From the NCBI GenBank assembly GCA_038727515.1, contig JAVYVS010000002.1, positions 224,001 through 288,000 on the forward strand: a DNA stretch of 64,000 nucleotides, given 5' to 3'. The stretch is from Candidatus Methanomethylicia archaeon (GTDB lineage Archaea > Thermoproteota > Methanomethylicia > Culexarchaeales > Culexarchaeaceae). The notes beneath the pieces were generated by a model. It searched no databases and was not told the origin of the DNA. It was given only the letters and a program-made list of their open reading frames with translations. Within the stretch, counting starts at the first letter, position 1, and each line of letters opens with the position of its first letter. Of this stretch, positions 31,391 through 41,035 are shown one piece after another. The translations under genes were made by a program, and so were the position numbers.

Positions 31391-31615
31391 TTATCCACAT
31401 GAACTATGCTTTATTGCTCCACGTGGACATGCAACCACACATGCACAACACTGTATACAATTATCTATATTTTCCGCAATTGATTTTCCACCTTCTAACC
31501 TATATACGGATGTAGGACAAACCCTCACGCATTCACCTTCCCCAGTACACTTATCATAGTCTATTTCTATTGTTATCCCAAGACCTTCACTTTTCCATAC
31601 TTTCACATTTGCCAT
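31391..31615 (-). CDS. Dicluster ferredoxin
   Basis: CTGEGECVRVCP and CIQCCACVVACP. Confidence 0.9.
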   Translation of the reverse strand: MANVKVWKSEGLGITIEIDYDKCTGEGECVRVCPTSVYRLEGGKSIAENIDNCIQCCACVVACPRGAIKHSSCG

Positions 31616-31753
31616 TTTAGGTCAAGAAACATTATTGTGTTTAATATATATTAAGTTTTTGAAATCAATACCATGATAAATTACAGGATGTATTAATAGT
31701 AAAATTTTTAATCGTATTTTGTATTCATTAAGTGTAATCATAGGTGTGTTTCA

Positions 31754-34438
31754 ATGGTTGGCGATTTAAAACATCAAATGGTCTATACATTTGAAGAAGC
31801 TGATCCATCAGATGTGAAATTGCTTGGAGGTAAAGGTGCTGGTCTTTGTTTAATGATTCAACAAGGACTTCCAGTTCCACCTGGAATAATAATTACCACA
31901 GAAGTTTGTAAAGCCTTTTATGAAGCTGGTGAGCAACTTCCAGATGGTTTAATGGATGCTGTTAAAGAGAAAATACGTTACATTGAGGAGGAAACTGGTA
32001 AGAGGTTTGGTGACCCTGAAAATCCATTACTTGTATCTGTTAGGTCTGGTGCACCAGTATCAATGCCTGGAATGATGGATACAGTATTAAATCTAGGTAT
32101 AAATGATACAATTGTTAATGGTTTAGCAAAGCAAATGCGTGATGAAAGAGCTGCCTATGATGCTTATAGAAGGTTTCTACAAATGTTTGGTAAAATCGTT
32201 TTAGGTATTGATGAGAAGCTATTTAATGAAGTTTTTGAGGAAGTAAAGAGTAAGTATGGTGCTAAGTATGATGCTGAATTAAATGTTGAAGCTTTAAGGG
32301 AAATCGTCGATAAATTTAAGGATATTATTAAACGTGAATATGGTGAAATTATTGATGATCCATGGAAACAATTAGAACTTGCAATAAAAGCAGTTTTTAA
32401 ATCTTGGAATTCTCCAAGAGCAGTCTTCTATAGAAAAGCTAATAATATTACTCCTGATATTGCTGATGGAACTGCAGTTTGCATAGTTGCTATGGTTTTT
32501 GGAAATATTGGTGAAATGTCTGGTACTGGTGTTATATTCTCTAGAAATCCAGCTACTGGAGAAAATGAATTGTATGGAGAATTCTTGGAAACTGCTCAAG
32601 GAGAGGATGTTGTAGCTGGAATTAGAACTCCAAAACCTATTGCTGAACTTAAAAAGATTAATCCAAAACTCTATAAAGAATTGTATGATGGAGCAAAACT
32701 TTTAGAACGTATTAAGAAGGAAGTTCAAGATATTGAATTTACCATTGAACGTGGCAAATTATACTTCCTACAAACTAGAAATGGTAAACTTGGGCCGATA
32801 GCTAGAGTTAAAACTGTTGTAGACATGGTTAGGGAGGGCATATTGAGTAAGGAAGAAGCTTTGTTAAGGGTTTCCCCAAATCATATAATACAATTATTGT
32901 ATCCACGAATTGATACTTCAATTAAAATTTCACCAATAGCTACAGGTTTAGCTTCATCTCCTGGAGCTGTTTCAGGTATGGTTGTTTTCAGTGCTGATGA
33001 TGCTGTTGATTGGAGTAGGAAAGGTTACAAAGTTATACTTGTTAGAGAGGAAACAAAGCCAGATGATGTACATGGAATGTATGCTTCTGTAGGCATATTG
33101 ACTAGTAGGGGTGGTATGACAAGTCATGCTGCTGTTGTCGCTAGAGCTATTGGTAAACCTTGTGTTGTGGGATGTGAAGATATAGTGATAAACTATGATA
33201 ATAAGACTTTTACAGTTAAAGGTAAGAATATTGTGGTTAAAGAGGGAGATTATATAACTATAGATGGTTTCTCAGGTAATGTTTATTTAGGGATTATTCC
33301 AACAGTTGAACCTAAAATCTTACCTGAACTAGAAGAATTACTTTCTTGGGCTGATGAATTTAGAAGACTTGGTGTTAGAGCGAATGCTGATACACCTGAG
33401 GATGCGGAAATAGCTAGAAAATTTGGTGCTGAAGGTATTGGTTTATTGAGAACTGAAAGGATGTTTAGAGCTCCTGAGAGGCTTGAAGTATTTAGGAATG
33501 TGATTTTATCTTCAGATTTCGAAGAAAGAAAGAAGAACCTTGAAAAACTTGTACCATTATTAAAGAATGATTTCATTGAAATTCTTAAAGTGATGAATGG
33601 ACTTCCAGTTATAATTAGATTGTTTGATCCACCATTACATGAATTCTTACCAAAAGAATCCGAGCTTATGTCTGAAATTATGGATTTAAAGTTTAAGGGT
33701 AAATTTGAAGAGGCTGCTGAAAAGGAGAAACTTCTTAAGAGAGTTTCAGTATTGACGGAATCTAATCCAATGATGGGTCATAGAGGAGTTAGAGTTGGGG
33801 TTGTTTATCCAGAGATATATATGGCTCAAGCTAAAGCTATACTTGAAGCTACAGCTGAATTAATTATTAAAGGTTACGATATTAAGACTTCAATAATGAT
33901 TCCACAAGTTAGTGATGTTAAGGAGTTAATTTACGTTAAGGAGCATGCTATTGATGTTGCTCGTAGAGAGGTTGAAGCTAAGTATGGTATTAAAGTTCCA
34001 TTTAAATTTGGAACAATGATTGAAGTTGTACGTGCATGTTTAACTGCTGATGAAATTGCGAGTGTAGCTGAATTCTTCAGTTTTGGAACTAACGATCTAA
34101 CACAAGCCACATATACGTTTAGTAGAGATGATGCTGAAGCTAAGTTTCTACCAAAATATCTTGAACTTAAAATATTGGAGTTTAATCCATTTGAGACTAT
34201 TGATGTGAAGGGTGTTGGTAAGTTAATGAAAATGTGTGTTGAAGAAGCTAGAAAAGTTAGAAAGGATATTGAAATTGGAATTTGCGGTGAACATGGTGGA
34301 GATCCTAAGAGCATTGAATTTTGTCATAAGATTGGATTAGATTATGTTAGTGCTTCCCCATATCGTATACTTGTTGCTAGATTAGCTGCTGCTCATGCTG
34401 CTTTAAAAGAGAAAGGATTTAAACTATCTGAGTATTAG
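31754..34438 (+). CDS. ppdK: Pyruvate, phosphate dikinase
   Basis: LGGKGAGL, VSVRSGA..SMPGMMDT, GGMTSHAAVVAR (phospho-His), FSFGTNDLTQ, GICGEHGG. Confidence 0.97.
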   Translation: MVGDLKHQMVYTFEEADPSDVKLLGGKGAGLCLMIQQGLPVPPGIIITTEVCKAFYEAGEQLPDGLMDAVKEKIRYIEEETGKRFGDPENPLLVSVRSGAPVSMPGMMDTVLNLGINDTIVNGLAKQMRDERAAYDAYRRFLQMFGKIVLGIDEKLFNEVFEEVKSKYGAKYDAELNVEALREIVDKFKDIIKREYGEIIDDPWKQLELAIKAVFKSWNSPRAVFYRKANNITPDIADGTAVCIVAMVFGNIGEMSGTGVIFSRNPATGENELYGEFLETAQGEDVVAGIRTPKPIAELKKINPKLYKELYDGAKLLERIKKEVQDIEFTIERGKLYFLQTRNGKLGPIARVKTVVDMVREGILSKEEALLRVSPNHIIQLLYPRIDTSIKISPIATGLASSPGAVSGMVVFSADDAVDWSRKGYKVILVREETKPDDVHGMYASVGILTSRGGMTSHAAVVARAIGKPCVVGCEDIVINYDNKTFTVKGKNIVVKEGDYITIDGFSGNVYLGIIPTVEPKILPELEELLSWADEFRRLGVRANADTPEDAEIARKFGAEGIGLLRTERMFRAPERLEVFRNVILSSDFEERKKNLEKLVPLLKNDFIEILKVMNGLPVIIRLFDPPLHEFLPKESELMSEIMDLKFKGKFEEAAEKEKLLKRVSVLTESNPMMGHRGVRVGVVYPEIYMAQAKAILEATAELIIKGYDIKTSIMIPQVSDVKELIYVKEHAIDVARREVEAKYGIKVPFKFGTMIEVVRACLTADEIASVAEFFSFGTNDLTQATYTFSRDDAEAKFLPKYLELKILEFNPFETIDVKGVGKLMKMCVEEARKVRKDIEIGICGEHGGDPKSIEFCHKIGLDYVSASPYRILVARLAAAHAALKEKGFKLSEY

Positions 34439-34800
34439 CGGCATAAATCATTTATATCAATAAAACTTTCTAAATCTACTCTATCATTTTTCAATATTTT
34501 TACACCTTCAAATTCAAGTAGCATTTTCTTAAATTTTTGACCTCCAGGTCCACTGTAGCCACCTATTTTTCCATCACTTTTTATTATCCTATGACATGGA
34601 TATACTATTGGATGTTTATTTAACTTCATAATTTTCCCTATAAGTTTTGGATTTACATTTAATGCTTTAGCTATACTACCATAACTTGATACTCTACCTT
34701 CTGGGATGAGTTGTAATATTGCACTTACTATTTCAATGTAGTCTTCTATTTTTGCTCTTCTAATCTTCCCCTCCTTGATTTGATAAACTAGTAGTGGCAT
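34435..34800 (-). CDS. ogt: Minimal O6-alkylguanine-DNA alkyltransferase (MGMT/Ogt family)
   Basis: IPEGRVSSYG.IA, PCHR active site, GGYSG, K..LL..EG. Confidence 0.88.
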   Translation of the reverse strand: MPLLVYQIKEGKIRRAKIEDYIEIVSAILQLIPEGRVSSYGSIAKALNVNPKLIGKIMKLNKHPIVYPCHRIIKSDGKIGGYSGPGGQKFKKMLLEFEGVKILKNDRVDLESFIDINDLCR

Positions 34801-35212
34801 TTTTCATCCCATAAATTTTTGTTAGATATCTAGCCTTTTTAACGGTTTCAGCATCAACTTCTATGTCTTCACCTTTATAAATTAGTATGTGTCTTATATT
34901 CAGATTTTTACCGGTGATCTTTTCTATTTCATTCATCATGAAATGTAGTTGTATGCAATGTGGTGATCCATCAACTGTTAATACTATTATTTCTTCTATT
35001 GGTACTCTAGAAATTATTGATGATAACTTTAAGCATACCATGTTAAAATGTTCTCTTTCTAAACATACCTTTAATTTTGCTTTTCCTTCAGAGTATTTTT
35101 CCACAATTTTTGGGTGTTCATCTATTAGACATGATCCAATCAATAATATTCTTTTCTTCTCTCTAATCTCTTTACTTGCAGCATTTACCTCCATTAATTC
35201 TCTAAATTCCAT
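34760..35212 (-). CDS. Uncharacterised Cys-rich putative Fe-S protein
   Basis: LLIGSC, VCLE, TVDGSPHC..LH. Start moved to ATG 35212, which has a GGTGG SD. Confidence 0.65.
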   Translation of the reverse strand: MEFRELMEVNAASKEIREKKRILLIGSCLIDEHPKIVEKYSEGKAKLKVCLEREHFNMVCLKLSSIISRVPIEEIIVLTVDGSPHCIQLHFMMNEIEKITGKNLNIRHILIYKGEDIEVDAETVKKARYLTKIYGMKNATTSLSNQGGED

Positions 35213-35222
35213 GTTTTCCACC

Positions 35223-35603
35223 TTAACTTTTCTTAAAGAATAACCAATTGTTTTCTCCACTTTTTTCATATTTTAATAGTACATATTCACCTCTAAGCTT
35301 ATTTCCATACAATTTAAAAACTATCTTTTTATCAGTTACTTCTATTGGTTTATATATGCCTTTATCCCATATTTCCACTTTTCCAGCTCCATAATGTCCT
35401 TCCGGTATTATTCCTTGGAAATTTGCATATTCTATTGGATGGTCTTCAACCATTATTGCTAATCTCTTTATTCCAGTGGTTTGGGGAGGTTCTTTTGGAA
35501 CAGCCCAACTCTTTAAAACTCCATTCATTTCTAATCTTAGATCCCAATGAAGTCTTCTAGCTTCATGTCTATGTATTACAAATATCAATTCTTTCTCAGA
35601 CAT
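35223..35603 (-). CDS. Stand-alone LigD 3'-phosphoesterase (PE) domain protein
   Basis: FVIHRHEARRLHWDLRLE..GVLKSWAVPK, RLAIMVEDHP..Y, YGAG.VEIWD.G. Confidence 0.93.
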   Translation of the reverse strand: MSEKELIFVIHRHEARRLHWDLRLEMNGVLKSWAVPKEPPQTTGIKRLAIMVEDHPIEYANFQGIIPEGHYGAGKVEIWDKGIYKPIEVTDKKIVFKLYGNKLRGEYVLLKYEKSGENNWLFFKKS

Positions 35604-35716
35604 TTTCCTTCAAATATCTTAAGCATATCCTATTCAAATTAAAGTTATGCTTAACAATTATTCTTAAATACACATTGCTAAATAATATTTATAATCAATT
35701 AGTTTGTGGTGTTATT

Positions 35717-36247
35717 ATGGCTGTTAGACCTCAAATTTGGATTATGAGGGACTTTGCAAATTGTAGTGGTTGTAGATTATGTGAAGTTGTTTGTAGTTTG
35801 GTTCATGAAGGTAAAATATGGCCTGAAGCTTCTAGGATTAGGGTTTTCAAATTCGTTCCAGGAGTTGAATTTCCACATTTTTGTTCTCAATGTGATGATT
35901 ATCCATGTGTAGCTGCATGTCCAGTTAAAGCTTTGTCTGTTAATGAGTTTACTGGTGCTGTTATTGTTGATGAAAAGAAATGTATTATGTGTGGTAGATG
36001 TATAGATGCTTGTCCAGGTAGAGTTCCACATAAACATCCAGCTAAAAATAGTGTTGTTATATGTGATTTATGTGGTGGACATCCTAAATGTGTTGAAATC
36101 TGTCAAAAGGCTAAGTATAATGTGTTATGGGTTGTTCCAAAGGCTGGTTTAGGTAAACAGACTAAACTTTATTCTAGGAAGCCTAAGGAGATCTCAGATG
36201 AATTGGTTATTAGACTTTATGGAGAGTATGGGGTGAGATTCCTATGA
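35717..36247 (+). CDS. Multi-[4Fe-4S] ferredoxin-like subunit associated with AOR
   Basis: CSGCRLCEVVC, CSQCDDYPCVAACP, CIMCGRCIDACP, CDLCGG.PKCVEIC; overlaps the AOR start. Confidence 0.9.
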   Translation: MAVRPQIWIMRDFANCSGCRLCEVVCSLVHEGKIWPEASRIRVFKFVPGVEFPHFCSQCDDYPCVAACPVKALSVNEFTGAVIVDEKKCIMCGRCIDACPGRVPHKHPAKNSVVICDLCGGHPKCVEICQKAKYNVLWVVPKAGLGKQTKLYSRKPKEISDELVIRLYGEYGVRFL

Positions 36248-38127
36248 TTGGAGGTTATTGTGGTAAGATTTTAAATGTTAATTTAAGTTCTGGTAAGATT
36301 AATGTTGAAGATATTGATGAAGATATTTTAAAACATTATATTGGTGGTAGAGGTCTTGCCACAAAGATATTATGGGATAGATTGGGTAGAGAGTGGAGTA
36401 AGATTGATCCATTATCACCAAGAAATTTACTTATAGTTGCTACCGGACCTCTTACTGGTTTTTATCCTGGTGGAAGAGTGTGTATATCTGGTAAGTCTCC
36501 TCAGAGTAATGGTATAATTGGTTCAACTGTTGGTGGAGAATCAGGTATTGATTTAAAGTGTGCTGGATATGATGCTATTGTTATTGAAGGGGCTTCAAAA
36601 GATCCCGTATACCTATGGATTAAAGATGATGAAGTTGAAATTAGAGATGCATCTAAGTATTGGGGTTTAGATGGTAAAGATACTTTGATTAAGATAACTA
36701 AAGATGCTTTAAACGATCTAAATAGTAGGTATAGGAGATTTGGAGAATGGAAGGATCCATCAGTCTTATACATAGGTCCTGCTGGAGAAAATCTATGTAG
36801 AGTTGCTGTAGTTATGGAGAAATGGACTCATGCTGCTGGTTATGGTGGTTATGGTGCTGTTATGGGTTCAAAGAAGCTTAAGGCTATTGTTATAAAGGGT
36901 TCAGGTCCATTACCAGATATTCATAATCCCATTAAATTCCATAATCTCCTCTATAGGGCTTATGATGAACTTATTAGTAGGGATGGTATGCGTAGATGGG
37001 GTACTGGGTCTGCGGGTTATAGTGTTGGTGCAATGCAAAGTTCTGAACCTGTTAAGAATTGGCAGGAGGAGTGGCATGATGAAAGAAGCTTTGGTGTTGA
37101 TGAATTTGAACGTAGAGTTTGGATTAAACGCTATTGGGGTGATTATGGTTGTCCTACAACATGTCTCAAAATTGCATTGGTTAGGCATGGTACTTATGCT
37201 GGTTCTTTAACTGATAATCCAGATTATGAATTACAAGCATATGTTGGAACGAATCTAGGTATATTTACACCTGAAGAAAATGTATATGTTGCATCTATTG
37301 TTGATGATATGGGTATTTGTGGAATTAATGGTGGTAATGTTCTGGGTTTTGCAGCTGAGCTTTATCAACGTGGAATATTGAGTAAAGAGGAACTTGGAGG
37401 TTTAGATTTAAGTTGGGGTAATGCAAAAGCTTTTGGTGAATTAGCTAAAATGATTGCTTACAGAATTGGTATTGGTAATATTCTTGCTGAAGGAACTTAT
37501 AGAGCTGCTTTAAAACTTGGTGAAATGAAGGGTTTAGATCTACTTCCATATGCTGTTCAAGTTAAGGGTGTTGCTGTAGGTGCTCATGGTATTAGGAGTA
37601 AAATGGATTATCCAACACCAATAGCTTATGCATGTTCAGTTCAAGGTGGAGATCATACTTCTGTAGCTAGACTCCCAATAGATTCAGGTGGTAGTGAAGT
37701 TGTTAGGATAATGTGTGATTCAGCTGTAGTCTGCATATTTAATTTCTTCCCTAATCCTTCATTGATGTGGGAATTCTATGAAGCAATAACTGGAATTAAA
37801 TTGAATCCAAGTGAATGGTGTTATACTGATGGTTTAAGGATATTGACTATTCAACGTGCAGCGTTACTTTTAGGTGGACCTGATTTCTATTGGGATCCGA
37901 GGATACATGATGATAATCCACTTAGGTTTTATGAACCTTTACCAAGTGGTCCATATAAAGGTCAAGCTGCTGATAAAAGTGAAGTTGAATCTCAAAAGAA
38001 GCAATATTATGAAGCTGTAGGCTGGGATGAATTTGGAATTCCAAAGAGTGAGAAATTACGTGAACTTGGACTTGAGGATGTAGATATAGCTTTAGAAGAG
38101 GTTCGTAGGAGAATTAAATCAAACTAA
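36244..38127 (+). CDS. Tungsten-containing aldehyde:ferredoxin oxidoreductase family protein
   Basis: GGYCGKIL.VNLS, YIGGRGL, KSPQS, IGPAGEN, GAVMGSKKLKAI, PDYE, DDMG, YYEAVGWD..GIP. Confidence 0.92.
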   Translation: MIGGYCGKILNVNLSSGKINVEDIDEDILKHYIGGRGLATKILWDRLGREWSKIDPLSPRNLLIVATGPLTGFYPGGRVCISGKSPQSNGIIGSTVGGESGIDLKCAGYDAIVIEGASKDPVYLWIKDDEVEIRDASKYWGLDGKDTLIKITKDALNDLNSRYRRFGEWKDPSVLYIGPAGENLCRVAVVMEKWTHAAGYGGYGAVMGSKKLKAIVIKGSGPLPDIHNPIKFHNLLYRAYDELISRDGMRRWGTGSAGYSVGAMQSSEPVKNWQEEWHDERSFGVDEFERRVWIKRYWGDYGCPTTCLKIALVRHGTYAGSLTDNPDYELQAYVGTNLGIFTPEENVYVASIVDDMGICGINGGNVLGFAAELYQRGILSKEELGGLDLSWGNAKAFGELAKMIAYRIGIGNILAEGTYRAALKLGEMKGLDLLPYAVQVKGVAVGAHGIRSKMDYPTPIAYACSVQGGDHTSVARLPIDSGGSEVVRIMCDSAVVCIFNFFPNPSLMWEFYEAITGIKLNPSEWCYTDGLRILTIQRAALLLGGPDFYWDPRIHDDNPLRFYEPLPSGPYKGQAADKSEVESQKKQYYEAVGWDEFGIPKSEKLRELGLEDVDIALEEVRRRIKSN

Positions 38128-39294
38128 ATTCCTCTCTATTTTTTCCAAAATTAATTTATATATTTCAACTGCCATTTTCATGCTAATTAAACTTATTCTT
38201 TCATTTGGTTGATGGGCAAGTTTCCAATCTCCAGGTCCAAATCCAAATGTTTTAATGTTTGTATTAGCTGTATATACACCATCAGTACTAAAATCCCAAG
38301 TTATATATCTCCCCCCTATTCCACTTATTATTTCATTTAAACCTATTCTCTCTAGGTATTCTATTGGTGTTAACCATGCTGGGAAGAAGTCTTCAACATT
38401 CATAGTAGCTCCAGTCCAGCACTTTACTTCTTCCTTTAAAATTTCCACATATCCATCTATTACTTCTCCCTTTTCAATCATTTTCTCAATTATTTCTTGG
38501 AGTGGTTTTACAATTTCCTCTTTTCCTTCATTTAATATGATTCTCCTATCAAACAATATTTCTACATCATCTGGTAATTGTGGTAATCCTTCAGGTTCAC
38601 ATCTAATCTTTATTGGAGTTATTGTGGATTTTCCAAGTATATCGTGTGATGGTAATATTTCACTCAATTGAATTACTTTCACTATATATTTTGCAGATGC
38701 TTCTAATGCATTTATACCTAATTTTGGCATACTTGCATGAGCAGTTTTCCCCCTTAATCTAACTTTCAGTAAACTTCTACCTCTATGTCCTATTGCTACA
38801 TTGAGATTTGTTGGTTCTATTATTATTGCTAAATTTGGTTTATCCAAAATTCCTTCTTCAATTACTCTTTTTATAGCTTCTCCTTCTACTGTTTCTTCAT
38901 GTACTACGAATGCCAATTGTATGTTTATTTCTCTTTCACTTTTTGAAATTTCCTGTATAGATGTAATTAGAGATGCTATAGGTCCCTTCATATCTACTGC
39001 ACCTCTACCATAAACATATCCATTAACTATTTTCGCTTTGTATGGTGGATATTTCCATGCTTCTATGTTTCCCGGTGGAACATGATCCATATGTCCTTCC
39101 AATAACACATTTATTTCCCCTTTTCCCCTTATCATAGCAATTACATTTCCATATTTGTCTATCATTACCTTGTCTACTCCAATTTCAACTAGTTTATCTT
39201 TTATCTTACCTGCTATTTCCCCCTCTTCTCCAGATAAACTTGGTGTCTCAATTAATTCTATTAAAAAGTTTTGTATGAATTTTTCATAAGTCAT
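38119..39294 (-). CDS. M20 family metallohydrolase (YgeY/ArgE-like)
   Basis: PSLSGEE, EGHMDHV, YGRGAVDMKG, HEE, EPT, AHASMP, STDG, GPG...AHQPNE. Confidence 0.88.
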   Translation of the reverse strand: MTYEKFIQNFLIELIETPSLSGEEGEIAGKIKDKLVEIGVDKVMIDKYGNVIAMIRGKGEINVLLEGHMDHVPPGNIEAWKYPPYKAKIVNGYVYGRGAVDMKGPIASLITSIQEISKSEREINIQLAFVVHEETVEGEAIKRVIEEGILDKPNLAIIIEPTNLNVAIGHRGRSLLKVRLRGKTAHASMPKLGINALEASAKYIVKVIQLSEILPSHDILGKSTITPIKIRCEPEGLPQLPDDVEILFDRRIILNEGKEEIVKPLQEIIEKMIEKGEVIDGYVEILKEEVKCWTGATMNVEDFFPAWLTPIEYLERIGLNEIISGIGGRYITWDFSTDGVYTANTNIKTFGFGPGDWKLAHQPNERISLISMKMAVEIYKLILEKIERNLV

Positions 39295-39302
39295 TTTCTC
39301 AT

Positions 39303-40967
39303 CTATATCCTGTACCTATAACTCTCATACTCATTTGTTGTATATACATCAACTATTATTGGCCCCTTCATTTCTACAATTTCTTGTAGTGTAGCAGTTA
39401 GATCTTTTGCTTCCTCAATTCTAATTCCATAAGCTCCAAAGCTTTTTGCAACTTCTGCAAAGTTTGGTGTTTGTAGATCTACTTGGAATGGAGGATATTT
39501 ATGTCTGCCTCTTTGTATATTTTTTATCATTGTATATTGTCTATCATTCATTACAATTATCTTTACATTTGATTTCTGCTCTACAGCTGTAGCTATTTCT
39601 CCAAGTGTCATTAGTAATCCACCATCACCAGTTATACCAATAACATTTGCTTCCGGTTTTACCTTGCTTGCAGCTATTGCTGCTGGTAATGTGAATCCCA
39701 TATTTCCAAATCTATCTGATGTTAAAATGGTGTTTGGTTTGTTTGTTCTTATGTATAGTTCAGCCCAAGATGAGCTTCCACCTACATCCAATGTATATAT
39801 AATGTTATCTTCATTTGTTGCTTCTTTTATTGCTTGAGCTAGGTATGCTGGATGTATTGGTTTTTGATCTGATAGTTTATAAGCATATTCCTTTAATTCT
39901 AATTCGATTTTACCCTTTAATTCCCTTATCTTCTCTTCTAAATATGTCCATTTACTTTTATAATTTAATTTACTATGTATTTCCCTTAGTAGTTGTTTTA
40001 GATATGGTGTGTTTATTTCAATTATTTTGTCATTGTTTATTGATGTTTCTCCATATGGTGGTTCCTCTTGATATACATGTATAATTTTTCTGTTTTTAGA
40101 TAATTCTTGCATCATTCTTGATGTTCTCTCACCTTCTTCTAATCCTAATGTTATTATTAAGTCTGATTCTTCAATAAATTTCTGTAGTTCTTCTGGTATT
40201 ACGCCAAATCCCATTATTGTGTATCCTATGTTTAATTTGCTTCTAAATGGTAATGTATCTCTCGCTCTTCTAGTGGCGATTGCTGGTATATTGGCTTTCT
40301 CCATTATTTCTTCTACTTCTATGCTTGAATTAGTTCTTAAAACTCCTTTCCCACTAATTATTATAGGTTTTTCACTCTCTCCTAATACTTTCAAGATTTT
40401 ATTTATTGTTGATTCATGTGATGTTATCACTTTATGTTCATATGTTTTTGATTCTTTTGAAATTTCTACTTCAAGTATATCCATGGCAAATGATAAATGT
40501 ACAGGTCCCATTCTACCATTAATGGATATTTCATATGCTTTTTCCATATAGTATGGTATCTTTTCAGCTTCTTCTATTGTTTTGCTCCATTTTGATATAT
40601 TTGAGAATATTTTTTCTAGAAATAGCCAATCTTCAACTCCATGATAGGGTTGAATTCTTTCCCTACTTGAACAATGTCCAGTTAAGTGTAGCATTGGTGA
40701 AGCTGCAGTATATGCTGCTGCAACTCCAGTGGCTGTGTTTAATGCTCCGGGTCCAGCTGTAACTAAGCATACACCTGGTTTTAAAGTTAATCTACCTGTA
40801 ACATCAGCCATTACTGCTGCTGAATGTTCATGTTTAACGAGTATATGTTGTATTGAGCTTTTTCTTATGGCTTCATATATTTCTAATACATTATATCCTG
40901 GTAATCCATAAATCACCTTTAAATTCCTTTCTTCTAAAAATCTTATTATGTACTCTGCCGCCTTCAA
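39303..40967 (-). CDS. Thiamine-diphosphate-dependent enzyme (acetolactate synthase large subunit-like)
   Basis: YGLPG, KHEHSAAVMAD, TAGPGALN, GPVHL, FGNMG, GDGG...MND ThDP motif. Confidence 0.88.
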   Translation of the reverse strand: MKAAEYIIRFLEERNLKVIYGLPGYNVLEIYEAIRKSSIQHILVKHEHSAAVMADVTGRLTLKPGVCLVTAGPGALNTATGVAAAYTAASPMLHLTGHCSSRERIQPYHGVEDWLFLEKIFSNISKWSKTIEEAEKIPYYMEKAYEISINGRMGPVHLSFAMDILEVEISKESKTYEHKVITSHESTINKILKVLGESEKPIIISGKGVLRTNSSIEVEEIMEKANIPAIATRRARDTLPFRSKLNIGYTIMGFGVIPEELQKFIEESDLIITLGLEEGERTSRMMQELSKNRKIIHVYQEEPPYGETSINNDKIIEINTPYLKQLLREIHSKLNYKSKWTYLEEKIRELKGKIELELKEYAYKLSDQKPIHPAYLAQAIKEATNEDNIIYTLDVGGSSSWAELYIRTNKPNTILTSDRFGNMGFTLPAAIAASKVKPEANVIGITGDGGLLMTLGEIATAVEQKSNVKIIVMNDRQYTMIKNIQRGRHKYPPFQVDLQTPNFAEVAKSFGAYGIRIEEAKDLTATLQEIVEMKGPIIVDVYTTNEYESYRYRI

Positions 40968-41035
40968 TTAATTTCACCTGGGATTAGAAAATTTATGTAA
41001 TCTCTATTCTTTATAGATTTCGGTTAGGTTACATT

